The notes below the pieces were generated by a model. The model did not search any database. It was not told where the DNA came from and saw only the letters and a list, made by a program, of their open reading frames with translations. From positions 125,736,001-125,800,000 of the forward strand of contig OZ024743.1 in NCBI GenBank assembly GCA_964016885.1: a stretch of 64,000 bases of DNA, read 5' to 3'. The first letter of the stretch is position 1. Each line of letters begins with the position of its first letter. Below are positions 14,945 to 26,540 of this stretch, in pieces. Source of the DNA: Eledone cirrhosa. Lineage: Eukaryota. The translations under genes were made by a program, and so were the position numbers.

Positions 14945-15695
14945 ATCTCATTTTATATTTTTAATGAATATCTCAACTTTAATCTCTGAACTGAAAACTG
15001 AACAGTTAAAGTGGATATTTTAAAACTAAGTGTAATTTATACCCTGGTTCTTCTTATAGACAATCAATATGAGACAGTGACATAGATAAAGCTAGGACAA
15101 ACTAGGAAAAAGATTTAATGACAACCAAGATCTATCAGCAAGGAAAACTAAACAACAAAATAAACATCAATAAAGATTGAATATATATATATATTACGAA
15201 TAATGGCTACTTTTATAAGAAAGAGAACTCAATACATTATGATATGTGTTTTTATTGGGGAACTGAAAGTGACTTATCAGTTCCATTGCAGTTGAAAATA
15301 TCTCTCAATCTTTAACCCTTTCATTGCCATAGTTCCAATGAAAATAACTGCATATAATTTTCAAATAATCTTTTAAATAATTGTTTCTAGTTTAGGCACA
15401 AGGCCAGCAATTACCCAGTGCATTACTGGTACTTTTAAATAATGAAGTATATGGAGAAATGTAGTAATATAATTAATATTCTCATTATTAAGCTGGTATT
15501 TGGAACATAACTGAACAAAGGTTATTGCATAGAATTGTGATGAAAAGGTTTTAGATAAATATAAATACTTTAAAATAAGCAACTTATGACCATAGAACTA
15601 GGGGTGGTTTCAGGGGGTTTGGTAACAGTAAAGTTGAAAATAAATATTAATGAGCAAACATATTTGTGAAAGACTGTAATCAGGGGAGTACTAAC

Positions 15696-15749
15696 CTGGA
15701 CATGAATAAGCTCAGACTGCAGTTGATCTACCTTCCCTTTGTCTTCATA
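15696..15749 (-). CDS. OPA1: OPA1 exon (YEDKGKVDQLQSELIHVQ), start of coiled coil
   Basis: 54 nt, AG/GT bounded; similar to human SDKEKIDQLQEELLHTQ. Confidence 0.95.
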
Positions 15750-17221
15750 CTATAAGGAAGAAAACAATGTAAGCTGTAGCCAAGCCAAATGTTTTTATGA
15801 AAGCTTGCAGCAAATTAGTAAGCTTTATATATAAGTCATTAGAGAAAGCAGAACATAGGTACATTAAAACAACCTTGTAGTTTTCTCAATTCTAACTATG
15901 ATTAAGAAGACTCATTCTTCCCATTAACTCTTTTGATACGAACCAGCCATTTTAAGAGGTTCCCCTATTTAAATCAAAACCTTTCAATATAATTGTAAAT
16001 AAGAACCATATGTAAAGTTACTTAGTAATGAAATAATAATTTTAGTAAGTCCCTCAAAATTTTTCATTAATTAATTAATTGAAATAAAGTATATTTCATT
16101 AGGAATATGGTCTTGAAAGAGACATGAAAACCTCTCTAATTCTGGTAACTCAATAAAATGCACCCAATACACTTTGTAATATATTTGGCATTAGGAAGGA
16201 TGTCCAACCATAGAAGCCATGTCAAACAAAGTGTTGAAAGAACTTTTCAACCTTTGTAGCACTGATGCCAAAATGAAATGCAGCCAATATGCTCTGTAAA
16301 GAAGTTAGCATTATGAAGGGCATCCAGCTGTAAAAACCATTTGAAAACTTAAACATATCTGAAATGTTGACTCTGGTTAGTCTAGGACACTAGCTCCAAT
16401 GAGGTAATGACGTGGTCTATAAGGACCTGTCCAACCCATACCAGCATGGAAAAACATATGATAACACTGATGAATCAGAACGAGTCATTATTATTACTAG
16501 ATGAAGACAAAGTACCAGTCCAGTACTGAAGGTGATTCTTCATCTGTAACTTTCTTACTTCCTCTTTATCACTCTCTCTATCTCCTTCTTTGAAATAAAT
16601 CAGCTGTGTTTAGACATGGTCAAGAGTGGGCTCTACCAAGAGTAAAATGCCAAAGATATGCCATGTGTCACTGCAGCATAATGACAACATCACCACTAGT
16701 TATGGGTTCCTACATACATAGATACATATATTTTTTATAAGTTACACCTAAAAATTTTCAATTCTATTTTCCACAATAAATTCCATTTCTCTAAGATGAA
16801 TCAGACAGTGAACTGGCAAAAACATTAATGTTAACCCTTCTTACCATATTTCTAATTAAACATATTACCAATGATTTTTAAATAATTTTGAATATAATCA
16901 AAGTTGGAGGGATTTATTAATATAACTAACTTTCTAAGATGGTGTTTGGAACATAAAAAAGGTTCTTATCTAATATTGTGATGATAATTTTAAATTTAAA
17001 TATAAACACTTAAAAAAGAGCAATTTTCTGTTATAAAATCAAGAGCAGTTTTATGCTTGTTGGTATCAAAAGGGCTTGTGGCTTTTGTTTTGGCTGGTTG
17101 CATTCTTAGTCCCAATCCTCCTGTAGCCTACTTAGGCCACTTGGTTTAATGCCACCACTTGGCTGTTGCAAATAATAGAGCCACACCTGTCTGAATTCTG
17201 GTTATTAGTTTATCATTGATG

Positions 17222-17224
<3 letters not shown>

Positions 17225-17266
<42 letters not shown>
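17225..17266. repeat. (TA)n microsatellite (others near 18440-18474 and 22357-22385)
   Basis: Read directly. Confidence 0.95.
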
Positions 17267-17268
<2 letters not shown>

Positions 17269-17532
17269 ATGTTGTAAATGTGGTTGGTGTTAGGAACAAC
17301 ATCCAGCAATAGTAACCAAGCCAGAAACAGTTCTGTATGAGCAAGACATAGTAATCTGACCTGACTTACAACAGGACAACTCATCTAACCCATGCTAGCA
17401 TGGAAACATGGACATGATGATGATGATGATGATGATGATGATATATAACAGAGCCTTAATCTGTAGAAAGAGGATTAAAGCAATGTTATCTAAAATGTAT
17501 CAGACCAAAACATTAATAAAGAGAATGCTTAC

Positions 17533-17612
17533 ATTTGATGCGTAATGTTCTGCTGATGAACGACCTTCTTGTTCAACTTTAGTTTGTTGGAGAGAACTGT
17601 TTAGATTTTTAT
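17533..17612 (-). CDS. OPA1: OPA1 exon (DKNLNSSLQQTKVEQEGRSSAEHYASN), positional equivalent of vertebrate exon 5
   Basis: ttcctatag|AT AAA ... AAT|gtaagc; 80 nt, phase 1 to 0, restores the phase needed for the next exon. Confidence 0.75.
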
Positions 17613-18435
17613 CTATAGGAAAAAATATCCACAACACAGTTAAAAGCCATAAATATATTAATAAAGGCAACCTCTTTATCACAGACAGAAGCATCATGAC
17701 TATTAGAGTAAATTAAATGTTAAGATTATAAAAAACAAACCTTGGTTAGCCAGAAGAAAATGAAACAGCAATCCTTTACTTCATACAATCTATGACACAC
17801 TGTTAATAGATCTTCTAAAGACTTTAAACCCTCCACATTGGAGGAAACAATAATATTACAATTCATACATAACCAAATTCTGTGCTACAGCAAGTAAAGA
17901 TTTAAGAAAATTTTGAAAAAAAGAATTTATTATTTAAGCATATTTGAGCATTATTTCTTTTAAATAAAATTCCCATTCCTATGTTTACCAAATTTATGTT
18001 TTGTTAAGTACAAGGAAAATATATTTTCATACAAAAAACACCATTATTTCATTAAATTTGATAATGTGTAATAATTCCTTAAGGAAATATATTGTTATAT
18101 TTAATTGAATGCAGCATTAACTGAATATTAATTCAATATTTCATTAATTGATCAAGGAAATGGCCAGTAGGTAGAGAAAGGGCATTTCAAGTAAACTTCT
18201 GTTGATTTACTAATTTTTTAAAATACATATATATAATTTTAAATAAACATATATAGACATAATAATGAATATTTTTTTGTAAACTGACACACACATAAGA
18301 GTGACACTGCTCATACCAAATGTCATTCAAAGGACAAACTATTACCCACAGGTGTACAGAATACAGTGTCTATAAATAGTCATTGCAGTTTATAAAGGAA
18401 TAAATATCAAAATGGTTCCATATTGAAAGTAAAAC

Positions 18436-18478
<43 letters not shown>

Positions 18479-20519
18479 AATTATTGAAAATAAAATACCA
18501 ATAAAACATTAAGTTTTAAAATTTATAAATGCTTGATTTATGGGCTTGTGTAATAAACACACTAAACATACACTGAATGAAGAACTGAGTATAGAATTAA
18601 TATATTTGTTATTAACACTAATTGTTTAGTTCTGCTATAGGTTCTGTAATTTTTGGAAAATTGTGTACGGTGTTCCACAACAAAACTTTTGAGAACTTCT
18701 GATGCAGATGATACCTAAAAATGTTGAATGATTCAGAATTGTCAATGTTAAAGAAGAGATAGAAATGATAATGATGTCAAAACATTCTAAATATATGTCT
18801 GGAACACTCATCATCAAAATCAATGGAGGTCCCTTCTATATTTGACGCCAAACATGGAAAAGATATATTTGTAATAAACTAAATTTCATTTTGATACTAA
18901 ATAACCCTTTAGTTCTATGATACAAAACTGTTTTAATATTTATTTAAAAACCTTCAATCATAATTTTATATAAAACCCTTTGTTATGTTGTTTCAAACAT
19001 CAGCTTAATAATAAAAGCAAATATTTTAAAATTCCTGATTATTTTCAAAATTATCTTTAAATTACAGACACTATCTTTTTTTTAAAAATAGTTAATGGAA
19101 AAATGAAAATGTCCCTAAACTAATAGCAATAGGTAATTATTTGCAGAGTAAATAAGTAGAGACAATTGAAAATAAAACACATGTCTAGGGATTAAACAAA
19201 TGACATAGGGATTACAAAAATATGATACAATGAAAAGGGGGAATCAATCTGATTTATACACATTGAAATTTTAAGTAATAATACAACAGAATATTTTTTA
19301 AGACATTTTAATAATATATTTTGTGCTTTATTTTTTTTATTGTTTAGTCAGGGAGGGGAAGGGGGTACTCATGACCCTTTTCAGGGTCTCCAAAATAAGA
19401 GGAGGAGCAAGAGAAAAGCATCCTCAAATAAGAGACGTAACTTGAAATGCTTGCAACAGAGTCTGTTAAAGACACCAAGGGGTCATGTGGTGACGTTAAA
19501 TCAGGTGATTGATTAAGTAAACCATCAAAATAGTTCAGAGAGAGATTGGAACTCAGAAAGCAAAGAGCAAGAGTAAATACTGCAAGGCAACTCAGCTGAT
19601 GTTCTAACACTATCCTTTTGGGATAGATGAGATAGAGTATTATTTCAAAGTTGACCTCAGCAAGTCTGAACCCAGACACATGAGAAACTGAACAAATATT
19701 GCAAGGTATTTAATCTACTGCTCTAATGGCTGTCATTTTACTGCTTCTGTATCCATTATTAAAATGTATTATTTCATTCAGAGAATACTATAAAAAAAAG
19801 CAATTTCTCTCCATTTATAAATCAAAACATTATTCAGAATCAACAAAATTCAAAAAAAGTTTGTCAACATTTTTCTTTCTATGCCCTGACTATAGCTACT
19901 GAAGTTGACAGTTCTTTGTGTGCTATTATTGTGAAGAGAGACAAACCACTTCATGGAAACTAATTTATTTTGAACTCAGACTATTTCTATCAGGCCAAGC
20001 AACAATGTAGAGGTTTTATCATTAGCTCATGTTAGCAGCCCATAGATGGCTGGGTCAGTGGTGTAGCAAGGCTTTTCAGTTCCCTGGAATGAGGATAATT
20101 TTGCCCCCCTTTGCACCAGTGCTTAGGAGTGACTGCTCTGTCCTACTTTCCTACATATCTCGACTGACTATACATTTGATACAGCATAGAAATATTGCAA
20201 AATTGTAGAATTATTTGTTTAACACATACCAATATGGCAAAATGTATCTTAAATTAATGATAACACTATTATAGAATAATAATTAAAGTGTATATGACAG
20301 TGAAAAATATGGAAATATTCATTTAAATTTCAAACTTGCTATGTAAACAATAAAAGAAAGAGATGGTGCAGAAATAGTAAGACAATAACTTATCTAAAAC
20401 ATGCTAAAATATGGAATAGGGTGGGGAGTTAACCAATGAGGAAAAGAGTATTTAAGGAATTTTTATTTTTTTTAAATGAAAATGAGGAAAGTCTGAAAAA
20501 GAAACCTAGTTATAAGAAT

Positions 20520-21000
20520 TGTCAGAGTGCAATCTTTTGTTCTTCTTTTTACGTCTGGAAAAAGGGGCAGAGTCCGTAGCCTTCATAAATCACCTAAGAC
20601 TGATACTGTTAATGCTTCTTAAACTATTATAAGTCCACTCCCTTTGGAAAGACATGAACAGTTCCAGAGCCAATATTCTGGACAAAAAGGACTGTGCATA
20701 GTGGCTAGAGCAAAGCATGAGGGGTGGACCAACATGGATGATGAGGGAAGAGACAAGTGAATCAGGAATACTTGAGTAGAGGTGACCTAAAACCAGTCAA
20801 CTCCAAGGAGTAGATACCATTGTAGTAATAGCAGAAGAAGAGTAGAGGAAAGAGCTTGTTTGTGTGCCAGACATTGGGGAGAGTCTGTGATTTTATATCA
20901 ATTAGCCAAGTGACTTGTTTCTGGATGTTGTCTAGGTTGTCAATGTGAGCAAAAGCAGAACCATCATGGATGTGGGAGCATTACTCAATTAGGGCTGTAG
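20520..21000 (-). mobile_element. Old CR1/L2-group LINE 3' fragment
   Basis: Degenerate PLIE.CSHI.DGS....LDNIQK post-RT motif on the minus strand. Confidence 0.55.
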
Positions 21001-21746
21001 TATTTTCTGAAGCTGAAGAGAGGGACTAATCTTTGAGATAACAAATCATTAAAGCATCATTGACAATTGCTTGTGAGTATCCAGTTTAAAATGGGCACAC
21101 CATATCTCTGAATGTTATAAGAAATGACTAACTGGGTTGGTGCCAAGAAGGACATCCAGCCAGAAAACATAGCCTCAACATAGACCTCATGATCAGTATG
21201 ACTGGGCCCACATGGGAAAATAGCCTTGAAATTCTTGCTTAAAACTGCATACTGACAATTGTCTCTGTAGTCATTTTAGGGTTGAATTAATATTAGTAAC
21301 TAAACAAAATATCAATTGGATGAGTTGATAGGTTATAAGATCACAGTAAACAATATAAAGGAAACCAGCAAGACAAAATGTCTAGAATAAACTACCTAAA
21401 ATGAACAATTCAATACAAAATATCCATATAATTGCACTGTCAGTGATGAGAGGTTATTTTTAGGTACACAAAATGAAAGAATTTTAAGCACATAAAATTT
21501 TGTTTAGACATTTTAAAACTTTGCAGGGTGAGAGTGGAGATGAAATATTTAGTAAGCAAAACATTTATAGTTATATTAGTAAATATGTATATATAAGTAT
21601 TGTATTTATTACATTCTGAGTGAAGAAATTTAAGAGTTTTTAATCTTTTTCTTGGTATCGGTCATCTTTGGGCATTTGTGAAAATGACTGGTACCAAGAT
21701 GTAACAATTTCCATAGCACCTGAAAACAGACTGCTTTGAATCAAAG

Positions 21747-22196
21747 ATCAGAAAACAGCACAGCTCCCATGACTTTCGTAGACATTTTTTCACGCTCAGA
21801 GTTGCTGAAGCATGGAACAAACTGCCTGCGTCAATTGTTAGCTGCCGAGACACTGCATCCTTTAAGACACTCATGCTTCCCGAAATACGCCAAAACTACA
21901 CCTGATGTACCCCTTCCATGCTCATGCACACATGTGTGTATCATGACTCGTGCACTGTTCATTTTACTGATGTTTGTGCATTGCCCTATGTACTGTACAT
22001 GCACTTTTTTGATGAGTTGTGGTGCACCTGGGCACTGTACACAATATTTCATTATTGTTATTATTATTATATCATGACTCATGCACTGTTCATTTTCCTG
22101 ACATTTGTACATTATTCTATGTACTATACATGCACCTTTGATGAGTTGTAGTGCACCTGAGCACTGTACACAATAATTTCATTATTATATTATTAT
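21747..22196 (+). mobile_element. Short 3' copy of the same CR1-group LINE with a doubled 3' terminus
   Basis: Near-identical to 63767-64000. Two (ATT)n tails. Candidate TSD AAAGAT (21743-21748 and 22197-22202). Confidence 0.9.
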
Positions 22197-22349
22197 AAAG
22201 ATATATATATCTAAGAATTATTTTAAGCACATTTTTCTTGAGCACAAGTTGTAGTTACTTGGCTAATAACTGCAAAAATAGACCATAAAAAAGTGGAAGT
22301 TTTCAACTTCAGTTTATAGAAGTTAAGTCATCAAATGATTTATGTGTAC

Positions 22350-22387
<38 letters not shown>

Positions 22388-23251
22388 ATAATATTATTAT
22401 TATTATTTATACTTATATATAGTGTTTTATATATATATAGTCAGAAAAAGGCAAAGCTCACATCCCTTTTAAGAACTTCTTTGGTAGAAGAAAGAAAAAG
22501 AGTAGTAAGGTGTCCTCAAACCAGATACTTGGGCTAAATGTTTGCAACAGAATAGATTGTGCTAAAGGTGCTCAAGGCCAGGTGGTTTTGTTAAACCAGG
22601 CAATGGATTAAGACCATCACCCAAAGAGTGATTGCAACTCAGAACACAAAGTGCAGGAACAAATATTGTAAGTCATTTTGCCCTAGACTGCTACTATATT
22701 ATATAAGCTCCATATAATACATCTCATCAAGCAATGAGTGGTTTTCAAACAAAGTTAGATTAAATATCAATGTATAGTCAAGAGGCTTGAGAGAAGTCTT
22801 CAATTGTGAAAGTACTTCTCAAGTGCTGGTGCCACAACAATAAAATGCCCCCATAATACACTGTAAAGTGGTTGGTGATAAGAAAGACATCCAGCTGTAC
22901 AAATTTTTCCAAAACCAGAATGCATGTAAGAGACGAGGCCCCAACCCATCTGAGAGGGCAGCAGCTTCAAGAAATTACTGACTTGATCTGTGAAAATTCG
23001 TCCAACCCATGCCAACATAGAAAAATAAATATTAAATGAGGACGATGATGGTGGTGATTACATTTCGACATTAGTCAAAACCTAGACACTATTCTATATA
23101 TTTAACTAAAAGACATGCAAATTTTTGTATGCAAATAGTTGTTATGAGTGAAATAATTCTTCTAAATGAAAAAATATATATATATTTAATTAGAAATATT
23201 AATAAAGATAAATGAATAGCTGAAACCTAACAGTTATTGGATTCTACACAC

Positions 23252-23311
23252 CTGTGGATAGGCCTGATATCCCAAGCACTGACAAAACTGGTCCGGCTGA
23301 ATGGGCAAAAC
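23252..23311 (-). CDS. OPA1: OPA1 60-nt symmetric exon (GFAHSAGPVLSVLGISGLST)
   Basis: gtccacag|GT TTT GCC ... TCC ACA G|gtgtgt; phase 1-1; GC-richer island in AT-rich intron. Confidence 0.65.
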
Positions 23312-24691
23312 CTGTGGACAGCAAACAATAGATAACAAACAAGTCAAATACAGTCAACTGCACCCCTTCAAACAGAACATCCTAGAAGATATTTACTAGA
23401 TTTTTGTTTTTAGAAATTAAAAAAAATAATTTTAAATAAAGAAAAAAATAGTTTTAATGTTTCTAATATTCTACATAATTCTCATTTGTTAATCATTAAT
23501 ACACAGTAGAGGATTGATAAATTTTTAGGCAATTTATTTATAATATAATGATTTCTAATTTAGGTACAAGCCAAGAGAATGAAAGGCAAAGTTGACCTTA
23601 GCAGATTTAAACTAAGAATGTAAAGGGCTGTAACTAAAGGTTGCAAATAATTTTGACTATTACTTCGACGATTCTGCCAATCTGCCACCCTTAATTTATT
23701 TATAATATAACTGATGCAGCATGGATAAATGATTAAGTAGTTCATTCACTTTACAATCATGAGGTTCTCCATTTGGTCTCACTGTGTGGCATCTCAAACA
23801 ATTATCATACAAGTGTTGTGAGTGAAAATGGGGAGATGGAAATTATTTGGAAGCCCATCAGATAATCTGTACATGTACTTTAAGAAGCCAGCCTTGTCAC
23901 ATACTGTGTGTCATGCTGAAATATCTTAGAGAATCACATTAAGGGTGCACATGTTCATGGAATACTCAGCCACTTATATGTTAATTTAATAAGTATGTTG
24001 TCCCATTGATCAAACAACAGAAACACTTCTTGTCAGAACTGATGGGTCCATATTTTTTTTATAAGGACTGAAAATGTTTATAAAAGACAGTTTCATGATA
24101 TTGAAACATAAAACATAAGATAAATTTCATGTAGATATAATTAGTCTTTGAATAAAAAGCCTCACTTAAGTGTAAACATACTTTCCAGTATTTTCTCTGT
24201 ATGCAGTAAAACAAGAGATAATCCCCTATGTTTTTTGCACTTTTCATAGTGAGGCTTCTAATTAAAATATTATCATCATCGTTTAACGTCCATGTTCCAC
24301 GCTTGCATGGGTTTGGACGGGAGTTTTCCCACTTGAGGCAAGAGTGGTTGTCTTGCTCGCATAGGACTGTCTGGCGGGTTTTCTACAGTTGGATGCCCTT
24401 CCTAACACCAACCACATTTACAGTGTGGGGCTGGGAGGTTTTTACCGTGTTGCCTACACGGCCACATTACAGCGTGTATAGTTATATCTATACTAAATTT
24501 ACATTGACTCTTCTAATATACAGTGTTCTAGCATAAATATTCATTATTTAAATGAAAAACTATCTTATGAAGAGAAATAAATTGAATATTTGAGAATGAG
24601 AGAGATGAGACTAGGAGAAAAAGGAAAAAAGTAAAGATATAGTTAGAATGCAATTTCAAACTATACTTCTTCCCCTTCACCCAATATTTTT

Positions 24692-24890
24692 TTAACCCTT
24701 TTGTTATATTTCTAATGAAATTTAGTGTATTTGAATTAATGAAGAATTTGGATTTACTAAAATTATTAATTATTTCATTAAGACATTTGTCACATAATTT
24801 GAAAAAGGTTCTTTACACAAAATTAATTTGGAAGATTTTAATTTAAAAAGAAACTCAACACTTAAAAATGGGTGGTTTCAAAAGGGTTAA
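24692..24890. mobile_element. Older abundant TTAA-flanked MITE family (further copies near 15310, 16830, 18900, 30950, 34040, 42560, 44220, 46290, 47230)
   Basis: TTAACCCTTTTG...CAAAAGGGTTAA termini and shared internal motifs. Confidence 0.65.
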
Positions 24891-24930
24891 GAAAGGATAA
24901 GCTGATATGTTATCATTATTATCATCATTT

Positions 24931-25113
24931 AGGGCGGTGAATTGGCAGTATTGGTAGAGGGTCAGCCATGCTTTCCAGCATAGTTACGTCCCTTTACGAT
25001 CTGAGTTCAAATCCCGCCGAGGTTAACTTTTCCTTTCATCCTTACGGGGGTCGATAAAATAAAGTACCAGTAATAAACTGGTAATTGCTGGCCTTGTGCC
25101 AAAAGTAGAAACA
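24931..25113 (+). mobile_element. tRNA-derived SINE family 1, near full-length with 16-bp TSD
   Basis: A box TGGCAGTATTGG, B box GAGTTCAAATCC, core CCTTTCATCCTTACGGGGTCGATAAAATAAAGTACCAG, tail GTAGAAACA(ATT)n. TSD ATTATTATCATCATTT. Confidence 0.9.
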
Positions 25114-26475
25114 ATTATTATCATCATTTTTATATCTGCTTTTTCTGTGCTATAATGATAATAATAATATAATGGAGATGCAGAATAGAGAAAACTCTTG
25201 ACACTCTCTTTAGTGTTGGTGTCATGATAATATGCACTCAGTACACTCTGTAAAATGATGGACAATTGAAAGGAGAAAATGTTGGGAAGAATGGACTATT
25301 TAGTCATGTCAAAGACATGGAAACCTCTTTAGTGCCACAATGAAATGCACCCAGCATTTTCTGTAAAGTGATTGGTATTAGGAAGGGCCTCCAACTTTAG
25401 AATGTATGAATGAGATATGGTTCTGCAGCTTTTCTAGAAAGGCACTAACTCCAAATAAAATCTGGCTGGATTGTAATAATCTGTCCAATCCATGCCAACA
25501 TAGAAAGCAAATATAAAATGAAGATGATTTTAGTGGCAAGTGTAGCAATAAAAGAAAATACTGAATACTAAAAGAAGACTTTGCAAGAAAATGGAAAGCA
25601 CAATATAAGCACCCATTAAAAAATCTAAAATCACACTGTGTATTATTTCTAACTAGATTGACATCTATATTACATAAAGTTCAAGTTAAAAAAAAAAGGA
25701 AAGAGGGACTAATTTTCTTGATATGATAAGAATAAATCTATTGTGAGTGGTCTGTTTTCAAAACCAACAATGAAAGAATACAATAGAGATGCAATTTAGG
25801 ACAAAATTACATTGGAAATATTTTAGATGGACAATTTTCCATAATCCATAATTCCAACTGGGGACTAATTCACTTTGTGTCTAGTATCTAACATGACTCA
25901 ACTACATGCCATTCTTAAGACCTCAACATTTTGTGGGGAACACTTCCAAGTACTTTTCAATACCAATTAGTAGATAATAAATGCTACTTCATTTTTAAAA
26001 CAGAACAACTTTCATCAATTCTATATTCATTTAAGAATGTTTAGATAGAATCAAAGGGAATATCTTACATTTGTTTGATAAGGAAGCATAGTAATTATAT
26101 CATAGCTACAATGACTTCAATATATACAGCAATAAATGATCATGCAACATATAAACAAAAAATTAAAAATATCCACCATGAAAACCCTTAAAATTGATAA
26201 TATGAAGAATCATGTTCTCCTTATAAAAATGAGAAGGGTAGTAATTTATAGCTGAATGTATTAAGAAAAATAATTTAAGATGTTTTCAAACAGTATTAAA
26301 ATTTGTTCAAAACTATCAATGGAAAAACCAATAAGTCCACACACAAAACAAATGGCAAAGTGTGTAAGTGGGGAGGGAGATAAAATGTTTTAGCACAAGG
26401 GTAAAATTAATGAAAGCTGGAAGACAAAACATATGAAAGGAAAAACACACAAAATCTTGTGTTGGATAAAAAGCT

Positions 26476-26478
<3 letters not shown>

Positions 26479-26521
<43 letters not shown>

Positions 26522-26540
26522 GAGAGAGAGAGAGAGAGAG
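26479..26540. repeat. Compound (TA)n(GA)n microsatellite
   Basis: Read directly. Confidence 0.95.

Noticed and set aside
24931-25030. tRNA gene suggested by A/B boxes (also at 53417)
   Set aside because: Continues into SINE core and tail with TSD and is multi-copy, so it is a SINE head.
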